NCBI GenBank assembly: GCA_044451405.1
Contig: JBIOKB010000016.1
Span: forward strand, 1 to 24,116
From: Candidatus Babeliales bacterium
Lineage (GTDB): Bacteria; Babelota; Babeliae; Babelales; Vermiphilaceae
Direction of reading: 5' to 3'
Length of the DNA stretch: 24,116 nt
This document shows positions 15,455 to 24,116 of the stretch, piece after piece. The translations under genes and the position numbers were made by a program. Each line of letters starts with the position of its first letter. Position 1 is the first letter of the stretch. The notes below the pieces were generated by a model. It ran no database searches, was not told the DNA's origin, and saw only the letters and a list, made by a program, of their open reading frames with translations.

Positions 15455-16378
15455 ATGAATGGAATCTTTTTTGTGACAAAATTAGCCATACTCGTATGCG
15501 CACTTACTTTTTCTTATACAGATTTTCATGCTGCAACCTTTGAGCCTGTGTATTCAACTGATACGCTGGCAAAAAACATTGCAGGTGAAGTACCTGAAGA
15601 AGTAATGAGACTCATTACATATTTAAAGGATCCTCGTATACGTCAACGCTACAAAGATTTTGGTGTTGATCTGTATAAAGGGTTTTTATTTACAGGCAAG
15701 CCTGGTACAGGCAAAACAGCATTAGCCAAAGCAATAGCTGGAGAAACGCAAGCTCCATTCTTTGCTGTTAAGCTTACTGACATTATCACGCCCAGTGATG
15801 GTGAAACAGAAAAAAATATTCACGACATATTTGAAGCTGCGCGTAAAGCAGCGAGCAAAAGTACGTTCAAATCGGCTATTATTTTTATCGATGAGATTGA
15901 TGCCATAGCTCATGACCGATCAGCTAATATCCACTCAGTGTGGCGCTCGGGTTGGTTAAACGTGCTATTAACAGAAATGGATGGTTTTGAGAAAAATGAA
16001 GGCATCATTGTTATTGGCGCAACCAATAGACCAGAAATGCTTGATGATGCAATTATGCGTCCTGGAAGATTTGATAAAATTATAGAGATACCTTGTCCGT
16101 CACCGGAAAAACAAAAAGCTATTCTTGAGTTATATCTCGATAAAGTGCTTTACGAGCATCGTACGCATAAAAATAAAAAAAATGAACTTATACAAAAAGT
16201 TATTACCCTGTTAGCAGATCGTAAAATTGAGGTTACTGCTGCAGTGTTAAAGGAGGGTGTTTTTGAAGCAGCTCGTTGTGCAGCGCACGATCTTTCTGTT
16301 CACACCATTCAAGACGCTCTGATTATCCAAGCATTTACCAAGTACGCCCAGGCGTCACTACCACAAGGATTAGTATGA
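15455..16378 (+). CDS. Classic-clade AAA+ ATPase (FtsH/CDC48-like single module, no protease domain) with hydrophobic N-terminus
   Basis: Walker A GKPGTGKT, Walker B IIFIDE, LLTEMDGF, SRH GATNRPEMLDDAIMRPGRFD. No HExxH protease domain. Alternative GTG start at 15473. Confidence 0.9.
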   Translation: MNGIFFVTKLAILVCALTFSYTDFHAATFEPVYSTDTLAKNIAGEVPEEVMRLITYLKDPRIRQRYKDFGVDLYKGFLFTGKPGTGKTALAKAIAGETQAPFFAVKLTDIITPSDGETEKNIHDIFEAARKAASKSTFKSAIIFIDEIDAIAHDRSANIHSVWRSGWLNVLLTEMDGFEKNEGIIVIGATNRPEMLDDAIMRPGRFDKIIEIPCPSPEKQKAILELYLDKVLYEHRTHKNKKNELIQKVITLLADRKIEVTAAVLKEGVFEAARCAAHDLSVHTIQDALIIQAFTKYAQASLPQGLV

Positions 16379-17301
16379 AAAAACAACTACTCGTATTGGG
16401 AGCTTTTATCTGCTCTACTATGTCCGTTCAAGGCATATCCATTAAAAGACACATTACTGAGGCTATTGAACAAGCAATTGTCCAAGAAGTAGTAGAGAAG
16501 AATCAAGCGCAACCTACAACAGCACCTGTTCTGAGAACAGAAGTAAGTGAAGCGGTCAAAGAACGTCAAAAACAAGTACAGTCATTGGCCAAATTTATAG
16601 CAAGTAAAAAAACTATTCGTACGGTAAGTAAGGCATTTAAGCGCTCTATAAAGCCGACGGAAAAACTGTTACATCGCTGTTTTCACCTCTGCGATTTTTA
16701 CCGACATCAACTGCGCTTTATGGACCAATCATTGCAAGAATTCATTGATTTGTTTAAAAAACATGAAGCAACTCTTGTTGAAAGTCTTTTTAGCATGATG
16801 TCAGATCCACGTTTTGCGGCACTTATGCAAACGATGAGCGAACTTGATGCAACCAATCCACAGCAGATCAAAATAGACCAAGAGCAGCTTAAGCCGTTAC
16901 TTGAGGAATTTGGCGCAAAGTTAGAAAGCATGGAGCAAGATTTTGCTGCATGGACTAAAAAATGGGAACCAGAATTTGACAAACTAAGACCATATATTAC
17001 TGCACGCACTGAATATCATAAAGAACATTTACAAGAAGCTATGAATGCTTTTGGCAAATCTATGATATGGCAACACTGGGCCGCTGCCCTCGGTCTTACT
17101 ATTAGATCGTACTGGCATGCGCGTGGTGTCAAGATTCAAGAATCTAGTCCGCAGTTGTTATCGGCTACGTATACCCATGCTATGCAAAACCAAGAAGCAT
17201 TAAAACAAGAAATGCATGATGCGTTTGCAACCATAGTAACGGCTTACGAAGATATGTTCCGTCGTATCTTTTCTCATGCATATTCAAGATCACCGCGGTA
17301 A
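16375..17301 (+). CDS. Hypothetical exported alpha-helical/coiled-coil protein
   Basis: Start moved to ATG 16375 (ATGA overlap with the AAA stop, SD AAGGA). Signal-like MKKQLLVLGAFICSTMSVQG; E/Q/K-rich. Confidence 0.8.
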   Translation: MKKQLLVLGAFICSTMSVQGISIKRHITEAIEQAIVQEVVEKNQAQPTTAPVLRTEVSEAVKERQKQVQSLAKFIASKKTIRTVSKAFKRSIKPTEKLLHRCFHLCDFYRHQLRFMDQSLQEFIDLFKKHEATLVESLFSMMSDPRFAALMQTMSELDATNPQQIKIDQEQLKPLLEEFGAKLESMEQDFAAWTKKWEPEFDKLRPYITARTEYHKEHLQEAMNAFGKSMIWQHWAAALGLTIRSYWHARGVKIQESSPQLLSATYTHAMQNQEALKQEMHDAFATIVTAYEDMFRRIFSHAYSRSPR

Positions 17302-17344
17302 TTTTTTATACTTTATTTCTTATTTATTCTAGATGGAGTCTTTT

Positions 17345-17983
17345 ATGAAAAGAATATTCTTACTCTCTTTGTTCCCTATCTGTCTTACTGCTCTGGCAAT
17401 GGATATGATTCAGGAAAAACCGATACCTGGGCAAACTGCATGGTCAGTATTAAATGTACGAGGATATTCTGTTGATCCGCAGACTGGTGTGGTTGATGAT
17501 ACTGAAGGATTTGGCGCTTTTGATTCAATCATAAAACTTTTTAATCCTTCATGTCCGCGTAATTTTGATAATGGTGGCGGATCATTTGATGATACAACTC
17601 GCTATGTAAAAGATACCTACGATATTGAAAACGTTGTATACGATCCCTTTATGAGAACCAAAGAACATAACGAGTATGTTCTTTACTTAGCTCGTCATAA
17701 AAAATTTGATTGTTGTACATCTATAAGTGTATTGAACGTTATCGATATACAAGATGCACGATTAGTGCATATACAATTATGTTACGACGTTCTTAAAGAA
17801 AATGGTTCTGCTTTTTTTAAAGTGTGGCCAGGTGATAGATCTGGAGTAGAACTCAAAGAAAAAGGGCGCTATCAGAGTAATCGAGATGCCACATATTACG
17901 TTGCAGAAATAAAGAAGATTTTTGGAGAAAATAACGTTACTTTAATTGATGATAAAACAATTAAAGCGATTAAAGTGAGCTGA
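17345..17983 (+). CDS. Class I SAM-dependent methyltransferase-like protein with signal peptide
   Basis: Gly-rich motif I FDNGGGSFD, YDPF, FDCCTSISVLNVI, LKENG. Start moved to ATG 17345 (SD GGAG), giving MKRIFLLSLFPICLTALA. Confidence 0.7.
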   Translation: MKRIFLLSLFPICLTALAMDMIQEKPIPGQTAWSVLNVRGYSVDPQTGVVDDTEGFGAFDSIIKLFNPSCPRNFDNGGGSFDDTTRYVKDTYDIENVVYDPFMRTKEHNEYVLYLARHKKFDCCTSISVLNVIDIQDARLVHIQLCYDVLKENGSAFFKVWPGDRSGVELKEKGRYQSNRDATYYVAEIKKIFGENNVTLIDDKTIKAIKVS

Positions 17984-18070
17984 GTAGCAAATACAGGCTA
18001 TTACCTCTTCTCCGGTACACAAGCTCCCTTAACCTCTTGGCTGCTAAACGGCCCAATTGATTTATCAATT

Positions 18071-18862
18071 TTATGCTCTAATGCCTTGATTCTTTAATTC
18101 TTTATTAACATCCATGATAAATTGCGTCTGAAATGCTTTTTCAGTGCGGGCATCTTTGATAATGCATTTTGTTCGCATGGCAATTGAGACAACGCCAGTA
18201 ATACCTAAAATTTCACGAGCAACTACAACAATGGATTTTTGTGCGTGTACATACTTGCTCTGGGAGGCTGTTTTTTCAAGAATATTTTTTACCTGTACTA
18301 AATCTGACGTTGGGGCAACGTGCATATCAATGGTTACCATCATACCTAATTGCCCAGCACTGCTAGAACTTACTACATCATTCATAAAGCGATGGTTAGG
18401 AATGGTTACGATACTTTCATCAAGCGTGAGTAATTTTACTGATCGTAAGCCTATGCTTACAATTTCACCATATGCATCTTGAAAAGTAACGCGATCGCCG
18501 ACTTGAAAGGGCTTATCAACTAATACAACAATGCCTGCAATAAGTGATTGCAGGATATCTTTTGCGGCAAATCCAAAGGCTATCAACGCGCTGGCTATAA
18601 AGCCCAGGTATACTTTTTCCGTTGGTTGAAAAATGAGGTATGCTGCACTAAAAAAACCGATAAAGTAAATAGTGAAATTAATAAATGGCATCCAACTTAG
18701 CAGAGTCATTCGTCTTGTTGGAAACGCTTTGGTAATGATAAAGACCAATGCTCTTATTAGTGAGGTAGCAATTGCAAGAGCAATTAATACACCAATAAAT
18801 AATGCTAATTCTTGTAAAGCAACATGTGATAAAAAAGTATGTATATGAGTTACATTAAACAT
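18071..18862 (-). CDS. MscS family small-conductance mechanosensitive channel
   Basis: IAFGFAAKDILQSLIAG, KPFQVGDRV, GEIVSIGLRSV, VTIPN. Confidence 0.92.
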   Translation of the reverse strand: MFNVTHIHTFLSHVALQELALFIGVLIALAIATSLIRALVFIITKAFPTRRMTLLSWMPFINFTIYFIGFFSAAYLIFQPTEKVYLGFIASALIAFGFAAKDILQSLIAGIVVLVDKPFQVGDRVTFQDAYGEIVSIGLRSVKLLTLDESIVTIPNHRFMNDVVSSSSAGQLGMMVTIDMHVAPTSDLVQVKNILEKTASQSKYVHAQKSIVVVAREILGITGVVSIAMRTKCIIKDARTEKAFQTQFIMDVNKELKNQGIRA

Positions 18863-18901
18863 AGAGGCTATCGAGTTACAGTTCTTGACTCTTGGTAAAA
18901 A

Positions 18902-19561
18902 TCACGCTATGCGTTCGACAGTGAATACTGCATTAGCTGCTGATCCGCTAGCAAATAACGGAACGCTGCTTCCGCTAACATTAACAAGAGTAAGAGAGGA
19001 ATTAGCTGGCAATGATATAATGCCAAAGCCTAAGACGTTCAAAACTCCAGCTGAACCTGATGTGTTGCTCGCAATTGTAGCGTTAGGAATAGCTACGCCG
19101 TCATTTTGTAACTGGAAAACAAATGTTTGACCTGCACCAGTAGCCTCACCTGCGATAAGTGCCACAACTTTATAAATTCCTGCGCTTTCTACAGTAATTC
19201 CAGATGAAGTTTGTAGAACTCCTGCACCAGGTACTGTAGTGAGAAGATTGAAAGTAAGTGCTGCGCCATTTGCAACCGTTTGAGCTCCTGTATTTCCAAC
19301 TGCTCCGTAAGCCAAATCGCCGCCAAGACCTGGAACGCCAACAGTGCCAACAGCTGCTGCAGGTGAAAGTGCAAAGCTACCAGCAGTTAAAGTACCTCCA
19401 ATGAAGGCATTATTGCAAATTTTAAGATTACGTGCTTTTAAACATTTTTTTCTTCGTGTTGTTTCTTCGGTGGTCGTATCATCAGAGGGTTCTTCTGCTA
19501 TAACGTGTGCACAAGAAATTGCCATGCATGTTGTTAATAATAAGGTGATTTTCAAATTCAT
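18902..19561 (-). CDS. Exported protein with BclA-C/C1q-like beta-sandwich domain
   Basis: Start moved to ATG 19561 (SD GGAG). Signal peptide followed by a G/A/T-rich beta pattern: GIYKV, NDGVAIP, IISLPANSSLTLVN, NAVFTVERIA. Confidence 0.65.
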   Translation of the reverse strand: MNLKITLLLTTCMAISCAHVIAEEPSDDTTTEETTRRKKCLKARNLKICNNAFIGGTLTAGSFALSPAAAVGTVGVPGLGGDLAYGAVGNTGAQTVANGAALTFNLLTTVPGAGVLQTSSGITVESAGIYKVVALIAGEATGAGQTFVFQLQNDGVAIPNATIASNTSGSAGVLNVLGFGIISLPANSSLTLVNVSGSSVPLFASGSAANAVFTVERIA

Positions 19562-19718
19562 ACTTTCTCCTTTTTTGAACATATAATAATAACTATACAT
19601 AGCTATACACTATAAGATTATGAAAAGTCACTAGTTGAGTAAGGAGTGCTTAAGTTGTTTTAAGCACCTCAGGGACTTAAGCCCCCTTTAGAGAGGCCTT
19701 CTGTAGGGCTAGGGTCGC

Positions 19719-19746
19719 TTTACAAAAGGTTATTTTAAAGTACTAT
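19719..19746 (+). promoter_or_regulatory. Sigma70 promoter of rpmE-prfA
   Basis: TTTACA-16 nt-TACTAT. Confidence 0.55.
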
Positions 19747-19772
19747 TAGGATACTAAGTAATAATAAAGACG

Positions 19773-19793
19773 TGGGGTACCCCCAGTACCCCA
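19773..19793 (+). promoter_or_regulatory. GC-rich hairpin in the rpmE 5' leader
   Basis: TGGGGTAC-CCCCA-GTACCCCA, a perfect 8-bp stem between the promoter and SD AAGGA. Confidence 0.5.
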
Positions 19794-19816
19794 GATTATT
19801 TGAATAAGGATTCTCT

Positions 19817-20020
19817 ATGAAAACAGGTATTCACCCCCAAGAACATGACATTACCGCACGATGCGCGTGTGGCAATTCCTTTAACACCCGTTCAACGTTG
19901 ACTGAGCTTGATGTTACCCTCTGTTCTAATTGCCATCCTTTCTATACCAACACCCAAAAGTTTGTTGATAGTGCGGGTAGAATTGAAAAGTTCACAAAAA
20001 AATACAATAAAAAGAGCTAA
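19817..20020 (+). CDS. rpmE: 50S ribosomal protein bL31 (Zn-binding type)
   Basis: MKTGIHP, CACGN, CSNCHPFYT, GRIEKF. Confidence 0.97.
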   Translation: MKTGIHPQEHDITARCACGNSFNTRSTLTELDVTLCSNCHPFYTNTQKFVDSAGRIEKFTKKYNKKS

Positions 20021-20023
20021 CCA

Positions 20024-21103
20024 TTGGCGAATCAAACGGTATGGGATACCATTAAGCTGCGTCGCGACGAGCTGATGCAGGCATTAATGAATCCCGTTAT
20101 TGATAACGCTCAGCGTTCATCATATCAAAAAGAATTATCCCATCTTACTGCGTTGTTTGATAAATACACCCAGGTACAAGCGTTTGACCGTGAGATCAAA
20201 GAGGTTCAAGAGCAGGCGTTTGGTAATAAAGATTCTGAAATGGCTGATCTTTATACCCAGGAACTTGTTGATCTTAATGAGCGTCATAAGCAGGCATCCA
20301 ACGAGCTTGAAGAGCTGATGTTTCCCCCTAATGAAATAGATGACCGTAACATATATCTTGAAATACGGGCTGGTGCTGGTGGTCAGGAAGCGGCTCTTTT
20401 TGCTGGTGACTTGCTTAAAATGTATACCAACTATGCCTTGAAGCGCCATTGGAAAGTATCGGTTGAAAGTTCAAGCAGTACCGATCTGGGAGGCTTGCGT
20501 GAAGTGATACTCCACATCAAAGGTAAAGGGGTATACGGACAGCTTAAGTTTGAATCAGGAGTGCATCGTGTACAGCGGGTTCCCCAAACAGAAACACAAG
20601 GGCGTATTCATACGTCTACCGCTACCGTAGCAGTGCTCCCTGAAGCCGAAGAAGTCGATGTAACGATTAACCCAGCCGATTTACGTATTGATGTCTACCG
20701 TTCCAGTGGTGCGGGTGGTCAGCATGTAAATACAACCGATTCTGCCGTGCGCGTTACCCACATTCCTACCGGGGTTGCTGTAGCCTGCCAAGAAGAGCGC
20801 TCTCAGCATAAAAATAAAGAAAAAGCGATGAAAATGCTTAAAGCGCGTATCCTTGCTGCTCAGGTTGAAAAACAGCAAGCTGAGTTAAGCCAGCAACGTA
20901 AAGAAATGGTGGGCACTGGCATGCGAGCAGAAAAGGTGCGCACCTACAATTTCCCTCAAAATCGCATTACAGATCACCAAGTTGATCTAACTTTGCAAAA
21001 ATTGGATATGGTAATGCAGGGCGACTTGGATGATATTATTCAAGCACTACGCAAAAAAGAGTACGAAGAGCGTCGAAAACAACCCGTGCTTATCTCATCT
21101 TAG
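20024..21103 (+). CDS. prfA: Peptide chain release factor 1
   Basis: EIRAGAGGQEA, ESGVHRVQRVPQTE (PxT motif of RF1), GAGGQHVN, RTYNFPQNRITDH. TTG start. Confidence 0.97.
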   Translation: MANQTVWDTIKLRRDELMQALMNPVIDNAQRSSYQKELSHLTALFDKYTQVQAFDREIKEVQEQAFGNKDSEMADLYTQELVDLNERHKQASNELEELMFPPNEIDDRNIYLEIRAGAGGQEAALFAGDLLKMYTNYALKRHWKVSVESSSSTDLGGLREVILHIKGKGVYGQLKFESGVHRVQRVPQTETQGRIHTSTATVAVLPEAEEVDVTINPADLRIDVYRSSGAGGQHVNTTDSAVRVTHIPTGVAVACQEERSQHKNKEKAMKMLKARILAAQVEKQQAELSQQRKEMVGTGMRAEKVRTYNFPQNRITDHQVDLTLQKLDMVMQGDLDDIIQALRKKEYEERRKQPVLISS

Positions 21104-21129
21104 ATACAAAATATATTTCTGAGTATACT

Positions 21130-21160
21130 AACGGATCATTATACACATGGTCCGTTTTTT
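21130..21160 (+). terminator. Intrinsic terminator after prfA
   Basis: AACGGATCAT-TATACAC-ATGGTCCGTT (10-bp stem, one U:G), followed by a T-run. Confidence 0.65.
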
Positions 21161-21177
21161 ATTTCTAAGGGATTGTT

Positions 21178-22449
21178 ATGGTTCTTATTTCCTACCTTCT
21201 TGAATATAATCGTTATCTTAATATTGTTGGCATAGGCGTACTGCTTGGTATCGCGGTTATTTTGTCCCATAAACGTTCAGTAATTGATTGGAAGCTCGTT
21301 ATAAAAGCGTTACTCTTGCAAATTGGTATTGCTCTCATAATGCTTAAAACAACAATAGGGATTCGCTGTGTTGCTGCCCTTGCACGCGGTGTAACGGCGG
21401 TATATCGGTGTGCTGATGAGGGAATCAATTTTGTGTTTGGTAATTTGGGCAACGCACAGGGAGCGTGGGGATTTATATTTGCGTTTAAAGTGTTACCGGT
21501 GATGGTATTTTTTGGTGCATTAACTGCGCTCTTATTTCACTGGGGCATTATCCAACGTCTTGTTACTGGAGTTAATATGCTCCTACGTCCGTTATTAGAT
21601 ACGTCTGGTGCAGAAACGCTGTGTGCTATTGCCAATAGTTTTTTAGGGCAAACTGAATCTCCGTTATTAATACGCAACTATCTTCATGGTATGACGCGAT
21701 CAGAATTATTTGTGGTCATGGTAAGTGGCATGGCAACTATTAGCGGATCAATTTTAGTGGTGTATGCAGCAATGGGAGTTCCCGCAGAACATTTGCTTGC
21801 TTCAAGCATTATGGCAATTCCTGGAGCAATTTTGTTAGCAAAAATTATGATTCCAGAAATTGACAAAGCTGCACTACAAGGACATGTGAGCGTTACCTTT
21901 GAAAAACGAAGCACGAATGTACTTGATGCCATAGCGCGTGGTACGAGTGATGGATTACAGCTCGCGGTGAATGTTGGTGCTATGTTAATTGTATTTCTTT
22001 CATTGCTTGCATTGATACAGTATGGTTTTGCGTATGGTATTGATAGTGCAAATGCATTACTAGCACTGGCAGGTAGTTCTTGTCACATTCCTGCCTATAC
22101 GCTTGATGCGGTGTTTGGTGTTATTTTTTGGCCATTTAGTTTTTTACTTGGATTTCAAGGAGCGGAAATAGGAGCAACTGGTCAATTGCTTGGCATGAAA
22201 GTTGTGCTGAATGAACTTATTGCATACAAAAAAATGCTTGCGTTGGATTTGTCACCGCGCACGGTGGCGATTATGACCTATGTATTGTGTGGCTTTTCAA
22301 ATTTCTCAAGTATTGGCATACAAATTGGCGGTATAGGAGCGCTCGTTCCAGAAAAACGACATTGGCTCACCGAATTAGGTCCACGTGCTTTAATTGCAGC
22401 AACGCTTGCAAATCTGTTATCAGCGATGATTGTAAGTCTTGTGTTGTAG
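21178..22449 (+). CDS. nupC: Concentrative nucleoside transporter (CNT/NupC family)
   Basis: GINFVFG, FAFKVLP, FLGQTESP, GMATISGS, KVVLNELIAY, LCGFSNFSSIGIQIGG. Confidence 0.92.
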   Translation: MVLISYLLEYNRYLNIVGIGVLLGIAVILSHKRSVIDWKLVIKALLLQIGIALIMLKTTIGIRCVAALARGVTAVYRCADEGINFVFGNLGNAQGAWGFIFAFKVLPVMVFFGALTALLFHWGIIQRLVTGVNMLLRPLLDTSGAETLCAIANSFLGQTESPLLIRNYLHGMTRSELFVVMVSGMATISGSILVVYAAMGVPAEHLLASSIMAIPGAILLAKIMIPEIDKAALQGHVSVTFEKRSTNVLDAIARGTSDGLQLAVNVGAMLIVFLSLLALIQYGFAYGIDSANALLALAGSSCHIPAYTLDAVFGVIFWPFSFLLGFQGAEIGATGQLLGMKVVLNELIAYKKMLALDLSPRTVAIMTYVLCGFSNFSSIGIQIGGIGALVPEKRHWLTELGPRALIAATLANLLSAMIVSLVL

Positions 22450-22526
22450 ACCAGCTATATAATTTTCGCTATGATGAAAATCTCTTCGTTGAAAGTAAGT
22501 ACCAATGCAACTCGAGGGTTGATGTA

Positions 22527-24116
22527 ATGGCAGCACAATTAAAACTCATTGTTATCGTTGGCGGTGTAATGTCAGGCGTTGGCAAAGGAGTTGCTGCCGC
22601 TTCTCTTGGTAGAACATTCAAAGAATATGGATTTAACGTAACCTTTATTAAAATAGATCCCTATATGAATTGTGATGCTGGTACGATGAAACCAACAGAA
22701 CATGGTGAAGTCTGGGTTACTGAAGATGGCAAAGAAATTGATCAAGATTTAGGAACGTACGAGCGCTTTTTGGGAACCGATATTTTAGGCACCCATAATA
22801 TTACCTCTGGTCAGATTTATAAAACGGTTATTGAAAAAGAACGTCGTGGCGAGTATTTAGGAGAGACGGTACAATTTATTCCGCACATTCCTGATGAGAT
22901 CATTCGCCGTATTAAAATTGCTACAGCTGGTTATGAAGTGGCAATTATTGAAGTTGGTGGCACCGTTGGTGATTATGAAAATAAACCATTCTTATTTGCG
23001 ATTAATGCATTAGAACGTGAACTTGGTTCAGATAATGTTGCCTACGTGTTAGTCACGTATCTTCCCGTACCTGGTCATATCCAAGAAATGAAAACAAAGC
23101 CTGCACAACAGGCAATTAAAATGCTCAATGAAGAGGGTATTTGGGCAGATTTTATTATTTGCCGTTCAGAAGGGGTGGTTGATGAAGTGCGTAAAAAGAA
23201 AATAGAATTATTTGCAAACATCCCCTCAGATCATATTATTTCAGCACCAGACATTAGCTCAATTTACGAGATGCCTCTCATCCTTGAACAAGAACAGATG
23301 GGTGCAAAATTATTAAAAAAATTAGGACTTGTTTCTCGCCAAGAACCACAGTGGGCACCATGGAAGCAGCTGGTGCATACGATTAAGCACCCAAGTAAAA
23401 ACATTAAAATAGGTATTGTTGGTAAATATTTTGATACGGGTGATTATTCACTGACTGACAGCTATATTAGTATTTATCAATCATTAATTCATGCAGGCGC
23501 TTCATTAGATACGGGTATTACTATTTCGTGGATTAATGCAAAAAAATTAGAAGATTCCAACGCAGATTTAACGTTCCTCGATGAATTTGACGGTATCATC
23601 GTACCCGGCGGTTTTGGCACCTCAGGCGTTGAAGGGAAAATACACGCAATAGAATATGTACGTACGCATGGTATTCCGTATATAGGCTTGTGTTACGGAT
23701 TTCAGTTAGCAGTAGTTGAATTTGCCCGCAATGTATGTGGCATGCATACTGCGCATACCACTGAAGTTGATCCGCACACTCCCCATCCAATTATTGATGT
23801 GTTGCCGCTGCAAAAAGCGTTGCTTGAACAAAGTGCGTATGGCGGCACCATGCGTCTTGGTGCGTATAAAGCAATTTTAGATGATGCAAGCCGTATGTAT
23901 GCATTATATAAGCAAGCAGGGCGTTTAGATGCGCATAATAGTGTTTCTGAACGGCATCGCCATCGCTATGAAGTGAATCCGATCTATGTTGATGTTCTTC
24001 AACAGCATGGCTTGGTATTTTCTGGCTATCATGAACGGGAAGATGGCACGCGGCTTATGGAATTTTTGGAACTTCCGGATCATCCATTTTTTGTGGCAAC
24101 CCAAGCGCATCCTGAA
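22527..24116 (+). CDS. pyrG: CTP synthase; partial (3' end beyond window)
   Basis: Not in the ORF track because it has no stop. GGVMSGVGKG, KIDPY, HGEVWVTEDG, DLGTYERF, GGTVGD, KTKPAQ, VPGGFG, GLCYG, GGTMRLG, ERHRHRYE, QAHPE at the edge. Confidence 0.97.
   Translation, partial: MAAQLKLIVIVGGVMSGVGKGVAAASLGRTFKEYGFNVTFIKIDPYMNCDAGTMKPTEHGEVWVTEDGKEIDQDLGTYERFLGTDILGTHNITSGQIYKTVIEKERRGEYLGETVQFIPHIPDEIIRRIKIATAGYEVAIIEVGGTVGDYENKPFLFAINALERELGSDNVAYVLVTYLPVPGHIQEMKTKPAQQAIKMLNEEGIWADFIICRSEGVVDEVRKKKIELFANIPSDHIISAPDISSIYEMPLILEQEQMGAKLLKKLGLVSRQEPQWAPWKQLVHTIKHPSKNIKIGIVGKYFDTGDYSLTDSYISIYQSLIHAGASLDTGITISWINAKKLEDSNADLTFLDEFDGIIVPGGFGTSGVEGKIHAIEYVRTHGIPYIGLCYGFQLAVVEFARNVCGMHTAHTTEVDPHTPHPIIDVLPLQKALLEQSAYGGTMRLGAYKAILDDASRMYALYKQAGRLDAHNSVSERHRHRYEVNPIYVDVLQQHGLVFSGYHEREDGTRLMEFLELPDHPFFVATQAHPE

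Noticed and set aside
15455..16378. ftsH gene or pseudogene
   Set aside because: No M41 protease domain (HExxH) in this ORF or the next, and the pore loop differs.
17984..18070. Gap between convergent genes, including AATTGATTTATCAATT
   Set aside because: The AT-rich hairpin is too weak to call a terminator, and the short frames have no support.
14500..19600. tRNA-anchored genomic island
   Set aside because: The accessory genes lie on the 5' side of the tRNAs, and no integrase or duplicated tRNA 3' end was seen.
23596..24110. Minus-strand ORFs 23596-23790 and 23925-24110, plus other short nested ORFs in the track
   Set aside because: Antisense or out-of-frame shadows of pyrG and other well-supported genes.

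Overview
Gene-dense, AT-rich bacterial window using the standard genetic code (TGA and TAG act as stops). The housekeeping genes are rsmG, a frameshifted MATE transporter, gatC-gatA, a PAP2 phosphatase, mreC, sppA, tRNA-Val/Asn/Asp, rpmE-prfA, a NupC-type nucleoside transporter and pyrG (runs off the right edge). They are interleaved with many signal-peptide-bearing hypothetical proteins. This style suggests a host-associated bacterium such as Babelota/Dependentiae (TM6); that is inference only. Two accessory blocks stand out. (1) 448-3200 (-) is a tightly coupled operon: three tiny hydrophobic/cationic peptide genes (one missed by the ORF track), two exported VanX/DdpX-type D-Ala-D-Ala dipeptidases and a GNAT, with a truncated paralog of one peptide gene just upstream. 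(2) 15228-17983 has a perfect 20-bp inverted repeat followed by three co-oriented genes with signal-peptide-like N-termini: an AAA+ ATPase with a degenerate pore loop, a helical protein and a SAM-methyltransferase-like protein. REP-like palindromes lie between gatC and gatA and over the 3' end of tRNA-Val. No transposase, integrase, CRISPR array or rRNA was seen. All calls come from reading motifs by eye; no database searches were run.
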